Shown here in pieces: positions 1 to 10,588 of a stretch of 64,000 nt of DNA; within the stretch, counting starts at the first letter, position 1, and each line of letters begins with the position of its first letter. A program made the position numbers and the translations under genes. The notes under the pieces are model-generated. The model was not told the origin of the DNA. It saw only the letters and a program-made list of their open reading frames with translations, and did not search any database. Origin of the DNA: an uncultured Candidatus Actinomarina sp. (lineage in GTDB: Bacteria; Actinomycetota; Acidimicrobiia; Actinomarinales; Actinomarinaceae). The DNA is taken from NCBI GenBank assembly GCA_902619825.1, contig CACNFT010000003.1, positions 78,461 through 142,460 of the forward strand, in the 5' to 3' direction.

Positions 1-274
1 AATTTCCAAACAAGATAGAAATGTTTAAGGTATCAAAATTAGACAAACCTCCAGTTAAAGCTTGTATAAGTAGAGTAAAAATATAAAGAAAGTAATAATA
101 AAAATTTCCTTGTTCTAGAGCAGTTGATTCTATCTCACCAGTGTAAAACAAAAAATAGTTAAAATATTTATCAAAGTCTGGCGAATAAACAATATCATAA
201 TTCAAATAAGTAATAATAAATGAAATATAAAAACTTAGAAAATAAGAAAACTTTATAACATATTTTTTGATCAT
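1..274 (-). CDS. Partial polytopic membrane protein (GT-C/EpsG/Wzy-like), runs off the left edge
   Basis: Not in the ORF track. ATG at 274 overlaps the upstream TGA (ATGA) and the frame is open to position 1: MIKKYVIKFSYFLSFYISFIITYLNYDIVYSPDFDKYFNYF..., a TM helix followed by an SPDF..Y motif typical of GT-C/EpsG N-termini. Confidence 0.6.
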   Translation of the reverse strand, partial: MIKKYVIKFSYFLSFYISFIITYLNYDIVYSPDFDKYFNYFLFYTGEIESTALEQGNFYYYFLYIFTLLIQALTGGLSNFDTLNISILFGN

Positions 275-1020
275 AGATTTTTAATTTGCTCCTTTATGAC
301 AAAAATTAGTTTTTTTCTGTTCTTGAAAAGGTTCAAAAATAAGTAAATTTTTGATAATGTAAATTTACTTTTTAAATGATAAATAAAAATCAATGGAGGG
401 TATAAATCTTTTTTATTTATATATACTGCATCACCTGTTGGTTTATTGCTTACCCAACTTGTTTTTATTCTCAAGAATCCTTCATTGTTTAAATATTTAT
501 CTAAATCATAAATTAATACGCCATTTTCGTAAATTTCTTTTCTTGAGATTTCTGTAATTACAAATTTAAAGTTTTTCAATTTATCTTCAAATCCTTTAAT
601 CACTTCAAGCTCATATCCTTGAACATCAATTAAAAGAAAGTTTGCATATATATCAGGCACATCTGTATATTTTTTTATCTTTATAGATTCAACAGTTTCA
701 AAATTAATTTCTGGAAAATATTTTTTGTGACCGGTTGGTTTGAGAACAGAAGAAGATGAACCAAAGTTAGATTGTGTTACATTAATGTTTATTTCTTGAT
801 TTTTATTTCCTAGTCCAAAATTATACAATTTAACATTTTGTAAGTTACCATATTTATCTTTAAGAATCTCAAATGCACTATCAAGTGGTTCAAACAAATA
901 AATATTTGAGTTTGTTATTTCAAAATACATCGGTACCTCTTGTCCTACATTTGCTCCAACATGAATCAAACCATTAATATGCTTCTTATTTTTAAATAAA
1001 AATTTTCTTATTAAAGACAT
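271..1020 (-). CDS. FkbM-family methyltransferase
   Basis: IHVGANVG, FEP and IDVQGYELEVIKG motifs. Confidence 0.85.
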   Translation of the reverse strand: MSLIRKFLFKNKKHINGLIHVGANVGQEVPMYFEITNSNIYLFEPLDSAFEILKDKYGNLQNVKLYNFGLGNKNQEININVTQSNFGSSSSVLKPTGHKKYFPEINFETVESIKIKKYTDVPDIYANFLLIDVQGYELEVIKGFEDKLKNFKFVITEISRKEIYENGVLIYDLDKYLNNEGFLRIKTSWVSNKPTGDAVYINKKDLYPPLIFIYHLKSKFTLSKIYLFLNLFKNRKKLIFVIKEQIKNL

Positions 1021-1022
1021 GT

Positions 1023-2042
1023 TTATTTGTCTCTATTTTTTACTGGAAAATGTAACTTTAGAAAGGATTTAAATCTCTGAGGATCTACGAAATAATCTGA
1101 ACCATAATAATTGTTATTTTCTACTTTTGCTAAAAAATAATAATAATTCAAATCTAAAGCAGATGATAACGAATAAAAACAATTATTTTTATAATCTCCA
1201 GAACCTCGTATTTCGATAACATCTTTATTTTTATCAAGAAAAAGCATATTTGTTAGTCCAGCACCGTGAACACCCCCGAGGACTTTTGCAGAATTTACTA
1301 GTTGAATCTGCTCAATTAATTTTAGATTTTCAAATTCAATTATTTTGAAATCATAATCATCCAAGATATCAAATACTTCTTCAGTGTTCGATATCTTTCT
1401 TTTATCTGCAGATTGTCTTGATATCCAAATCCTATCAATATAGTTTTTATTATTTTCTTCAAGATAAAGATTTTTTAATCTTTTGGAAATATTATTTATT
1501 AAATTACTGTCAAAATTACCTGAAACAGCAGCATGAGTGGTTATATCCAAATTTTCAACAAGATATGTTTTATTATCATCCAAAAAAATATAATTTAAAT
1601 TAAGACCGTCGAGAATTTCAGTTACATACTCTTTATTTTCATAATTTTTAGAAAGTAAAATAAGCTCAGGATATTTTTTTTCAATTAAAAATTCAACCCT
1701 TTGAAGAGCATCCCCAAACCAGTGAAAATAATTGTGACTTTTTTCATTAGCAATCCAAGATGCATTTTTAATTATTTCAATTTTTGAATGGTTATTTTTA
1801 AGAAAAAGATTTTTAACTATTGTTTTTAATTTTCTTTTAAATTTATATTCATTCATATTCCAGTATTTACTTCCAAATAAAAATTTATCTCCTTTAAAAA
1901 ATTGAAATTTGTTAATATAAATATTTTTTTTATTAATTAACTTTATTTTTTGGAATGTTCTTTCAAATTCATGTTCAAACATAAACAAATCCTCATTGTT
2001 TAGGTTTTCAGGTAATTTTCTCTTTATTTTGTATTTACTCAT
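1023..2042 (-). CDS. Glycosyltransferase family 61 (DUF563) protein
   Basis: NYFHW, IWISR..A..RKI.N and GVHGAGLTNMLF motifs. Confidence 0.8.
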   Translation of the reverse strand: MSKYKIKRKLPENLNNEDLFMFEHEFERTFQKIKLINKKNIYINKFQFFKGDKFLFGSKYWNMNEYKFKRKLKTIVKNLFLKNNHSKIEIIKNASWIANEKSHNYFHWFGDALQRVEFLIEKKYPELILLSKNYENKEYVTEILDGLNLNYIFLDDNKTYLVENLDITTHAAVSGNFDSNLINNISKRLKNLYLEENNKNYIDRIWISRQSADKRKISNTEEVFDILDDYDFKIIEFENLKLIEQIQLVNSAKVLGGVHGAGLTNMLFLDKNKDVIEIRGSGDYKNNCFYSLSSALDLNYYYFLAKVENNNYYGSDYFVDPQRFKSFLKLHFPVKNRDK

Positions 2043-2053
2043 AAAATCAAAAT

Positions 2054-2791
2054 TTAGATCTTTCCTGAAGCTTTAAAAGTAATCTTTGATAAAAATTTGC
2101 TCATTGATATAATTCTAAGAAAAATTTTAAGTCCATCATAAAATCTAATTTTTTTACCCTCAGAGTACAATCTTCCCTCATAAGAGATTGGTATCTCAAT
2201 AATCTCATTTCCTGTTTTTAAAAACTTTGAGAGCAACTCAATTTCAATAGTAAAAGAGTTTGACTCAATACTTATTTCGTTTAAAAATTTTGTTGGCATC
2301 ATCATGTAACAAGTTGATATATCTGAAACTTGGTAATTATTTAAAAAAGAAAATAATTTAGCTAAAAATACATTTACATATACTAAGTAGCTATATTTCT
2401 TTATTCTTTTATTATCACCAATTACCCTAGAGCCTAGTATTAATGATTTTTGATTTTTGACCATTATCTTGTACATTTTTACAATATCTTTTGGAAAATA
2501 TTCCAAGTCAGCATCATGAATTATTGTGTAATCAGATTTTAAAATAGAGTTTACTTCTCTAATGCAACTACCCTTTCCTTGGTTTACCTGTTTTGAAACC
2601 AGTGTGATATTCTGATATTTATTGCTTAAATTTTGAGCAATATTTTTGCTATCATCTAATGAATTATCGTTTACTAAAAAGATTTCATAATTTATTGATG
2701 AGCTTTCTAATTCATTAACTAATCTGTTTACAGATTCTTCAAGGAAAACTTCTTCGTTATAAAATGGAACAATTACGCTAAGTAGTTTCAT
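2054..2791 (-). CDS. GT2 glycosyltransferase, DPM1-like (polyprenol-phosphate sugar synthase type)
   Basis: LSVIVPFYNEE, VNDNS.D, NQGKG, HDADLEY, GSR and EGKKI...DG motifs. Confidence 0.85.
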   Translation of the reverse strand: MKLLSVIVPFYNEEVFLEESVNRLVNELESSSINYEIFLVNDNSLDDSKNIAQNLSNKYQNITLVSKQVNQGKGSCIREVNSILKSDYTIIHDADLEYFPKDIVKMYKIMVKNQKSLILGSRVIGDNKRIKKYSYLVYVNVFLAKLFSFLNNYQVSDISTCYMMMPTKFLNEISIESNSFTIEIELLSKFLKTGNEIIEIPISYEGRLYSEGKKIRFYDGLKIFLRIISMSKFLSKITFKASGKI

Positions 2792-2872
2792 ATTGTTATA
2801 TTAATGATTTAATAATGAATCTTAATAAAAATTAATCTATTTAAAACTTCGTGTATTACCATAAAATATTGA

Positions 2873-4501
2873 ATGAAAAATTTACAAGAAACTATTTCAA
2901 ATATTTTGTATGTTTCAAAACTAACGAAAACAAATAGAAAAAAAATAATAATTGTTGCATCTGTAATTTTATCAAATATATCTGCTCTTATGGACATACT
3001 CCTAATACTTGCATTCACGGGATTAATAACATCAAGTGATAATTATGAGGGATTTACTAAAACAATCATAGATCTTTTTATTGAATATCCTTTTCTACTA
3101 CCGGTAATTGTTTTAGTAAGATTTGGCTGTATTTATTCTCAAACAATAATTGAAAAAGCCTTAATACTTAACGTTCAACAAAATCTAAAAGTACACGTAC
3201 TCGATGAGGTTTTCGATAAAAGAAACTATTCGGTCGCTGATGCATATTTTTATATAAATGACATAACTGGACATATTTCTTTTTTTTACACTGCTCTTAT
3301 TGGATTAATGAACAGTCTGATTCAAACTTTTGGTTTTTTGGCATATTTAATTATTTCTGATGCAAGAACAATTATCACATTTGGGGTAGGGGCTTTAATA
3401 CTTTTTTATCCAAGTAGATTTTTTGTTAATAAATCAAGAGAGTATATGGATAAAGCATACAAAATCCAAAAGAAAAGTAATTATGAGATTCAAAAAATTG
3501 TTGACAATATGTTTCTTATAAAGCTATTGAAAAAAGACAGGGAAGAAATTGCAAATTTTGAGAATGTTATAGCCAAACTAAATAATGCTCTTTTAAATAA
3601 TCATAGATTTGGATCTATAAATTCATTTTTACCAAGCTTTGTAACAATGTTTGTTTTTTCAGTTTTAATTGGATTTTTTAACTTTGCAAGAATACTTACA
3701 TTAGATTTTATAGGTGTAACTTTAAGATTATTTCAATCTCTTGGTTTAATTACAAGTAGTATAAACAGACTTGTAAATTCACAAGTTCATATCAAATATT
3801 TTTATCTTATGGATAAAAATAAAAATAAACTTAACAAGGAAAATTATATTACGAACAATAGCTCTTTAGATGAAATAGTTGTCAGTATAAGAGATTTAAG
3901 TTTCTCATATTTCAATAGTGAAGAAAAAATTTTTGAGAATCTAAATGCATCATTTTACAAAAATAAACACACTTTAATCACTGGGCCTAATGGTTCTGGT
4001 AAAAGTACGTTACTTGGCTTGATGTCTGGTGTGCTCTATTCTCAGAAAGGAAATGTAAGTGTAAACTCTGGAAAAATTGGATATATTGGGGCGTCGCCAT
4101 TAATTTTTTCAAACTCATTGAGGTTCAATTTACAATATGGAAACGAAAAAGAATTAGATGATACTACTCTTCTTGACGAGCTAAAGCAGTTTAATTTTTT
4201 TCAAGATCCAAAAAAGTATGATTTAGATATGAAAATTGATAATAAAAGTCTTTCCTCGGGTCAAATGCAAAAATTATCATTTATAAGAGCATTATTATCG
4301 GAATCAAATATCTTACTTCTTGATGAATCAACAGCAAATCTTGATGATGATACAAAAGACAAGATATTTGAAATACTAGACACTAAAAAAATAACAATAA
4401 TAAATTCTACACATGATCCAAAAAGATTCAATAATGCTGATTATCATTACAAAATTTCTTTTGATAATGACAAAAGGTTTCTTATAGAGGAAAAATACTA
4501 A
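2873..4501 (+). CDS. ABC exporter, fused TMD+NBD (MsbA/PglK-like; candidate glycan flippase)
   Basis: N-terminal TM helices, Walker A GPNGSGKS, signature LSSGQ, Walker B LLLDE, H-loop STHD. Confidence 0.8.
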   Translation: MKNLQETISNILYVSKLTKTNRKKIIIVASVILSNISALMDILLILAFTGLITSSDNYEGFTKTIIDLFIEYPFLLPVIVLVRFGCIYSQTIIEKALILNVQQNLKVHVLDEVFDKRNYSVADAYFYINDITGHISFFYTALIGLMNSLIQTFGFLAYLIISDARTIITFGVGALILFYPSRFFVNKSREYMDKAYKIQKKSNYEIQKIVDNMFLIKLLKKDREEIANFENVIAKLNNALLNNHRFGSINSFLPSFVTMFVFSVLIGFFNFARILTLDFIGVTLRLFQSLGLITSSINRLVNSQVHIKYFYLMDKNKNKLNKENYITNNSSLDEIVVSIRDLSFSYFNSEEKIFENLNASFYKNKHTLITGPNGSGKSTLLGLMSGVLYSQKGNVSVNSGKIGYIGASPLIFSNSLRFNLQYGNEKELDDTTLLDELKQFNFFQDPKKYDLDMKIDNKSLSSGQMQKLSFIRALLSESNILLLDESTANLDDDTKDKIFEILDTKKITIINSTHDPKRFNNADYHYKISFDNDKRFLIEEKY

Positions 4502-5523
4502 TAATTTATTTTCCTTAGAATTTTTCTAAAAAGTGTTTTTAGTTTTTTAATTCTTCTTTCTTTTTTTAATTTTAAATGATACTTTGATTTTGAATTTTCA
4601 AATTGTTTTTCAGACTCAGTTACTAAAATACTATCAATATCTGAGACAATCGTTTTAGACTTTATTTTTTGAATCCACCATTTAATATCAAAATACTCCA
4701 AATTAATGTCTGCTAATTGACTTTTATATTCATCAAGTTTTTCAATAGTTATCTTGTTGAGGTTATTTACAAAAATTATTGGAAAGATATTAAATGATTC
4801 TAATGCATAATTTTTATTTACTACAGGTATAGATCCAGCGTAAAGTGATTCCCATATCCGATGGGTATCAATGCCATTGCCTTCAGGAGAAATAATATAT
4901 TGATACTTTTTTATATTTGAAAGGTACTCTCTCAAAGATAACTTTTCTTTTTCAATAACCGCCCACGATTTGTTTTTAAGATTATTCTTTATTTTTTTTC
5001 TTCTTAGATAATTAGTATTATCTTCAAAATTTATATAGACCTTATTTTGAATTTTTAGATTTTCATTATTCTCTAGAAAATGATCATAATTTAAATTTTT
5101 TGGATGATTGTTTGCAAGGCCTAAAGGAATTGGAATCAATTTATCATGTCTATAGCCAATATTTGGTGAGTACCAGGCTGAGACACAGTCAGGTTTTGTA
5201 CTAAATAATTTTTTTGTAATTTTTTCGTCGCTTTGGCCGGTTATAATTTTAATATTTTTGAATTCAGTAACATTTTTTAACATTTCAAATAAAGATTCAA
5301 TCATATATAAATTTGAAAAGATTAAATCATTTTCTCTTAATTTAAAACTCTTTATCTTATAAAAACAAAATTCATTATCTTCATATATTACAAAAACATT
5401 ATCACTGTTAACTTCACAGTCTTTTTTCAATATTATTTCCGAATAAACTATATCGGAATATCTTGCAAAGTTACTACTGCTAAGAATTTCACTATTTTTA
5501 AAAAGATTTCTAGTTAGTACCAT
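4498..5523 (-). CDS. Exostosin/GT47-like glycosyltransferase domain protein
   Basis: IPIPLGL and YIISPEGNGIDTHRIWESLYAGSIPVV. Start moved from 5628 to ATG 5523 to avoid a head-to-head overlap with the gene at 5557. Confidence 0.65.
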   Translation of the reverse strand: MVLTRNLFKNSEILSSSNFARYSDIVYSEIILKKDCEVNSDNVFVIYEDNEFCFYKIKSFKLRENDLIFSNLYMIESLFEMLKNVTEFKNIKIITGQSDEKITKKLFSTKPDCVSAWYSPNIGYRHDKLIPIPLGLANNHPKNLNYDHFLENNENLKIQNKVYINFEDNTNYLRRKKIKNNLKNKSWAVIEKEKLSLREYLSNIKKYQYIISPEGNGIDTHRIWESLYAGSIPVVNKNYALESFNIFPIIFVNNLNKITIEKLDEYKSQLADINLEYFDIKWWIQKIKSKTIVSDIDSILVTESEKQFENSKSKYHLKLKKERRIKKLKTLFRKILRKINY

Positions 5524-5556
5524 ATAGTTACAGTTTAAAATAGAATTAAAGGTTTT

Positions 5557-6543
5557 ATGATAAATATTTTTTACAAACTTGATTACATAAAAACGCAAAA
5601 GGTACTTATTACAAAAAGCTTTAAGCATTCAATTTTTTACAATATTTATCTTGATTATTTAAATTTATTTAATCTCCCTATTAATGTAAATTTAATTTCT
5701 TCGGGGCCTCATAAAAGAATGAATAATCTTGTAAAAACATTTAAGGGAAATAAAGAATACGCATTTAATAAAATTAAATTTAAAAATAACTATATTGTTC
5801 AGTTTGACGAATTTGGTGAAAATATTTTAAATAAAATTATTTCAAAAAATTCAGAATCAAAAATTCTTGTTGGTCCTTTATATAATAAAGAATACGATAA
5901 GAAGTTAGTTGATTACATAAATAAATACCCAAATGTAAAAAAAGTAGTTGCTTCAAAAATAGCATTTAAAAATGCTGTTTATGAGATGGGGCACAATATT
6001 GATCCAAAACGAGTTGTTACTTTCCCATCGGGAATTATTGACGAGGACACATTAAATAGGCATTTGAAATATAAAAATAGAAAAAATAAATGTCTTATAT
6101 ATTTCAAGAAAAGACCAATTGGTGATTTAGAGAAAGTAACAAATTTTTTAAATGATAAAAATATTGACTACGAAGTATTTCATTATGGGCAATATGCAAA
6201 TAAGGACTTAATTCGATCTGCTCTTAATTCAAAGTTTGGAATCTTTATGAGTAGGCCAGAAACTCAAGGTTTTGCAGCTCAAGAATTGTTATCTTGTAAT
6301 ATCCCATTGATTGTTTGGGACCAAAAAACAAATTACTATGAAGACCTAATTTTGAGTGGTACAACAATGTCTTATTGGAGTAACGACTGTGGTTTAATAG
6401 TTGATACTTTTGAAGAATTAAAATTTCAGTTCGATGTTTTTATTGAGAATTTACATAAATTTCAACCTATTAATCTAATTAAAGAACATTTAACATATGA
6501 AAAATTCAAAAAGAATTTAAAATATGAATTTGAACATTTTTAA
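5557..6543 (+). CDS. GT-B fold (GT4-like) glycosyltransferase
   Basis: CLIYFKKR and SRPETQGFAAQELLSCNIPLIVWD (E-x7-E-like motif). Confidence 0.65.
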   Translation: MINIFYKLDYIKTQKVLITKSFKHSIFYNIYLDYLNLFNLPINVNLISSGPHKRMNNLVKTFKGNKEYAFNKIKFKNNYIVQFDEFGENILNKIISKNSESKILVGPLYNKEYDKKLVDYINKYPNVKKVVASKIAFKNAVYEMGHNIDPKRVVTFPSGIIDEDTLNRHLKYKNRKNKCLIYFKKRPIGDLEKVTNFLNDKNIDYEVFHYGQYANKDLIRSALNSKFGIFMSRPETQGFAAQELLSCNIPLIVWDQKTNYYEDLILSGTTMSYWSNDCGLIVDTFEELKFQFDVFIENLHKFQPINLIKEHLTYEKFKKNLKYEFEHF

Positions 6544-6574
6544 AAATTAGTGATATTGAAAGATAGGTTTCAGA

Positions 6575-7690
6575 ATTAAAATATCTTATTTTTTTCAGGG
6601 TGGTCGCCTTAAAAGAATTGAGGAGAACAAGCCTTATGCAAAAGAAATGTTTTACGGCTTTCACCATTTCTTAAATAAATACAATAATGTATCTATTAAC
6701 GAGTTCGATTTAAACCAATCAAGAATAAGAAGGCTGTTTTTTATTTACATTGAAAAAAATATGAGGTCATTACTAAAACTTCCGCTTTATTGGAGTTTTA
6801 TAGTTACTAAAAAACATTTAACTGAATTAAAAGAATCTGATTATGCCATTTTTAGTTCTAATAGAATTGGTTGCTCAGTTCTTCCAATGGTGATTTACCT
6901 AAAATTAAAAAAGCAGAAAATAACTACTCTGTCGTTTGTTCTTGGATTATTTTCTAGAAAGCCTAAATTTAAAATTTTTATACCAATTCAGTCTTGGTAT
7001 ATTAAATCATTTTTCAAATATATTGATAAATTTATTTTCTTGAGCCAAGGTGAATACGAATATGCATTAAAACATTTTCCAAAGTATAAAAATAAATACT
7101 TTCTCTTACCTTTTGCAGTTGATTTGGAAATTTGGAGCAACAAAGAAAATTTTCAAAGAGAAAAAAACATCTTATTTGTTGGCAATGATGGTTTTCGTGA
7201 TTATGAACTTGCAGAAGAATTGTCAAAGCTACTAGAAGATTTCAATTTTGTTTATGTTAGTGAAAATATCAACGAATCAAACTTAAACAATAAAAATTCC
7301 GACATAAAAAATGGTAGTTGGGGTGAACCATATCTCACTGATATTGATTTAAGAGGTGAATACCAAAAAGCATTTTTAACAATAATTCCACTTAAGAATT
7401 CACTTCAGCCCTCAGGTCAGAGTGTAACACTCCAGTCAATTGCATGTGGAACTCCAGTATTAATTACAAAAACGGAAGGGTTTTGGGATAAAGAAAACTT
7501 TATCGACAACGAAAATATTCATTTTTTAAAAACAAATAATCCACTTTTATGGAAAGATAAAATCTTAAATATTTTTAATATGAGTGATCAAGATTATGAG
7601 AATATTTCAAAAAATGGAAGAAATTTAATTGTTAATAATTATTCATTAGATGAATTTAGTCAACAAATTGAAGAAATTTTGCTTTCATGA
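6575..7690 (+). CDS. GT4-family glycosyltransferase (start possibly ATT 6575; first ATG 6647)
   Basis: ILFVGND..RDY and QPSGQSVTLQSIACGTPVLIT; frame is open upstream of the ATG as IKISYFFQGGR. Confidence 0.7.
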   Translation: MKISYFFQGGRLKRIEENKPYAKEMFYGFHHFLNKYNNVSINEFDLNQSRIRRLFFIYIEKNMRSLLKLPLYWSFIVTKKHLTELKESDYAIFSSNRIGCSVLPMVIYLKLKKQKITTLSFVLGLFSRKPKFKIFIPIQSWYIKSFFKYIDKFIFLSQGEYEYALKHFPKYKNKYFLLPFAVDLEIWSNKENFQREKNILFVGNDGFRDYELAEELSKLLEDFNFVYVSENINESNLNNKNSDIKNGSWGEPYLTDIDLRGEYQKAFLTIIPLKNSLQPSGQSVTLQSIACGTPVLITKTEGFWDKENFIDNENIHFLKTNNPLLWKDKILNIFNMSDQDYENISKNGRNLIVNNYSLDEFSQQIEEILLS

Positions 7691-8526
7691 AATTATCAAT
7701 ATTTACTACTTACACAGATCCTGAAAAAAGAAATGATCCTTGGAAAGAAGCACTTAATTGTTTTAATGATATAGCGGATGAAGTAATAGTAACTGGATCA
7801 GATTGGCCTGAAGAGTTTACATGGTCTCAGATTGGTAAATATTTTCAACAAGGACTCAATGAAAGCACAGGTGACTGGAATATTCGTATGGATATTGATT
7901 ACTTTTTTCATGAGAAAGATGTGAATAAATTATATGATTATCTCAGAAAATACAATGACTTTCCAGTATTGTGTTTTCCTCAATATCAATTCTTTACACT
8001 AAATAGATATCAACTTAAGACAAGACTATGCGTAGCTATAAATAAAAAATTTAAAAATAGAATCAAACTTGATGGAGGCGGAGACTTATGTTTAGCAACT
8101 TTTGATGGAAAACTCATCACACCAAAACAAATCCCCAATCTTCCTATTCCAATATATCAATATGATTCAACATTCAGAACAATGGAAATTATAAAAAATG
8201 ATCGTGCAAGATTTGCAAGAGCATGGAATAGAGAATTTGGAAGTTTTGGATCGAGAGGAAGTGAAAATCCAGATGATTGTTATGATGCTTGGTTTAGTGA
8301 TATACAAAAAAAATATCCCAAACACGTTCATAAGATAGATTTAAATGATCATCCAAAATATATAATGGAAAAATTAAACTCTTTGGATGAAAATCAGTTT
8401 GGTTATAGTGCTTTTGGATTAAAAAATGATTGGAGTTCAAATCTTAAAAATCGTATGCAGGGAATTAAAGCAAAATATTTAGATACTAAATTAAACAATA
8501 AATCTAAAAATTATATATCTAGTTAA
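7687..8526 (+). CDS. GT-A fold (GT2-like) glycosyltransferase
   Basis: MKLSIFT start, ADEVIV, STGDW..RMDIDY DxD motif; ATGA-coupled to the upstream gene. Confidence 0.6.
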   Translation: MKLSIFTTYTDPEKRNDPWKEALNCFNDIADEVIVTGSDWPEEFTWSQIGKYFQQGLNESTGDWNIRMDIDYFFHEKDVNKLYDYLRKYNDFPVLCFPQYQFFTLNRYQLKTRLCVAINKKFKNRIKLDGGGDLCLATFDGKLITPKQIPNLPIPIYQYDSTFRTMEIIKNDRARFARAWNREFGSFGSRGSENPDDCYDAWFSDIQKKYPKHVHKIDLNDHPKYIMEKLNSLDENQFGYSAFGLKNDWSSNLKNRMQGIKAKYLDTKLNNKSKNYISS

Positions 8527-9386
8527 AAGCTTTTATTCTTAAAAAGACCAATGTATCTTGTTTTAGAGCCATCTACCATTTCAAAATTATTTTCAAATAA
8601 AAAATTTGTAACTTTTCCAATCGTTAATTCAGAATTTTGCCCTCTCTCAGGACCATAATCAACAGAAATATATTCTATTTTTGAAAGTGTTTTTTTTGAA
8701 CCTTCTAAGATTTCAAATTCAAATCCCTCAGCTTCTAATTTTAACAGCTTTATTTTTTCAAAATTTAAAGAGTCTATCGTTGTACATTCAACTTTATCCT
8801 CTTTAAGACCATCCTCAAATTTAATTAATGAACTATTTGCCCCATGAGTATCAATGTAAATAGTTTTTTCCAAATTATCGTTTGATAGCGCTTGGTTATA
8901 GGTTTTTGAATTTGTATTCTGTAAATTTTTATTTAAACACAAAAACACTTTATTATCTGGTTCAAATGCAATATATTGAATTTTTAAATTTTTATAATAA
9001 AATGAAAAAAATAATTCCCCAACATTTGCTCCACAATCAACAACCAAATCATCTTTTTTAAAATCAATTTTATCTAGACAATAAGATATAAACAAAAAGT
9101 CAAAATTTCCTTTAGGATCTAAAATTACTCTATCAATCCTCTTATTTGGATAATAAATAGTGAAAATATCATCTATTTTTTTTCTATACAATCCATCATC
9201 AAACTCTATATTTGCGTTGGTGAACATTAAATTTATCAACCTAGTATATGTTTTACCATTTGCATGCTTGTTAATTAATCCAACAATCAACCCTTTTATA
9301 AAAAGAATAATTTTTTTTAATTTAGGTATTTTGTTTCTGTCAATTCTGTTGAACATAAAATCAGGTAAATCAATGATGTTTGCCAT
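8523..9386 (-). CDS. FkbM-family methyltransferase
   Basis: VVDCGANVG, AFEP and KLLKLEAEGFEFEILEG motifs. Confidence 0.85.
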   Translation of the reverse strand: MANIIDLPDFMFNRIDRNKIPKLKKIILFIKGLIVGLINKHANGKTYTRLINLMFTNANIEFDDGLYRKKIDDIFTIYYPNKRIDRVILDPKGNFDFLFISYCLDKIDFKKDDLVVDCGANVGELFFSFYYKNLKIQYIAFEPDNKVFLCLNKNLQNTNSKTYNQALSNDNLEKTIYIDTHGANSSLIKFEDGLKEDKVECTTIDSLNFEKIKLLKLEAEGFEFEILEGSKKTLSKIEYISVDYGPERGQNSELTIGKVTNFLFENNFEMVDGSKTRYIGLFKNKSF

Positions 9387-9463
9387 GATTTTAATTTAAC
9401 ACATTTGGATTGACTAAAATTAAATTATTTTATAAGTATCTCAATATAGTTATCATATGAATT

Positions 9464-10588
9464 GTGAATATATTAATAGTATTTACTTTTGGATACTCTT
9501 TAAAGATTTGGAAGAACTCAAATATTCTTGAAAGAGAGCTTTCAATATATAAAGACATCAACGAAAAATTTGGAACAAAATTTACTTTTTTGACTTTTGG
9601 TGATTCCTCAGATGTTGAGTTAATTACTGAAAAAGAAAATTTTTCAGTAATTCCAATTTATGACTATTTAAAAAAACCAAAAACCAAGCTTCTCTCTTTT
9701 TTACAATCATTTATTGTGCCTTTTAAACTTAAGAATCAATTTAAGGATGTATCTTTGATAAAGCAACATCAAATTTTAGGAGTTTGGATATCAATTATTT
9801 TGAAAATATTACTCAAAAAACCATTAATTGTAAGAACAGGCTACGACATGCATGCATTCGCAAAACAAGAAAATAAAAAAAAGCATATCCAGTTATTGTA
9901 TTTTTTGCTAAATCAAATCGGCTTATTTTTCGCAGAAATTTTTACAGTCTCAAATACAAATGATTTACAAAACAAAAAAGAAAAGTACTTAGCGAATTCA
10001 AATATTGAGTTAAGAACAAATTGGATTTTTAAAAGTAGATATAACGATTTTGAAGAAAGACATGAAGATGCTGTAGTTTGTGTTGGAAGGTTAGAGTATC
10101 AAAAAAACTATTTTGAGTTGTTTGAAAATTTTAAAGATCTTGATATTGAAATACATATTTATGGTGTTGGATCTCTTGAACATGAGATAAATGAGTATAT
10201 TAAAAAAAATAATAAAAATATCAAATTAATGGGGACAATTAATAATAAAAACTTAAATAATGAACTTAGAAAATACCGATTTTTTGTAACATCATCTTTG
10301 TTTGAAGGTAATCCAAAATCAGTCATGGAAGCTATGGCCGCAGGATGTGTAGTTTTTGCGTCTAACATTTCGAATCATCAAGATCTTATTACTCATAATA
10401 AAAATGGATTCTTATTTGAACTTGGGTCAGATAATTTAAATCAATTATTTAAAAAACATTTTAGATCACCGGATTATTTGTCAGAAATATCTAGAAATGC
10501 ATATGAAATTGCAAATGAAAAGTTTGAATTAAATATTTTAAGTCAAATAGAATATGAAGATTATTTATCTGTTATCAAACCAGCTTAA
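9464..10588 (+). CDS. GT4-family glycosyltransferase
   Basis: VGRLEYQKN, SLFEGNPKSVMEAMAAG and NGFLF motifs. Confidence 0.85.
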   Translation: MNILIVFTFGYSLKIWKNSNILERELSIYKDINEKFGTKFTFLTFGDSSDVELITEKENFSVIPIYDYLKKPKTKLLSFLQSFIVPFKLKNQFKDVSLIKQHQILGVWISIILKILLKKPLIVRTGYDMHAFAKQENKKKHIQLLYFLLNQIGLFFAEIFTVSNTNDLQNKKEKYLANSNIELRTNWIFKSRYNDFEERHEDAVVCVGRLEYQKNYFELFENFKDLDIEIHIYGVGSLEHEINEYIKKNNKNIKLMGTINNKNLNNELRKYRFFVTSSLFEGNPKSVMEAMAAGCVVFASNISNHQDLITHNKNGFLFELGSDNLNQLFKKHFRSPDYLSEISRNAYEIANEKFELNILSQIEYEDYLSVIKPA

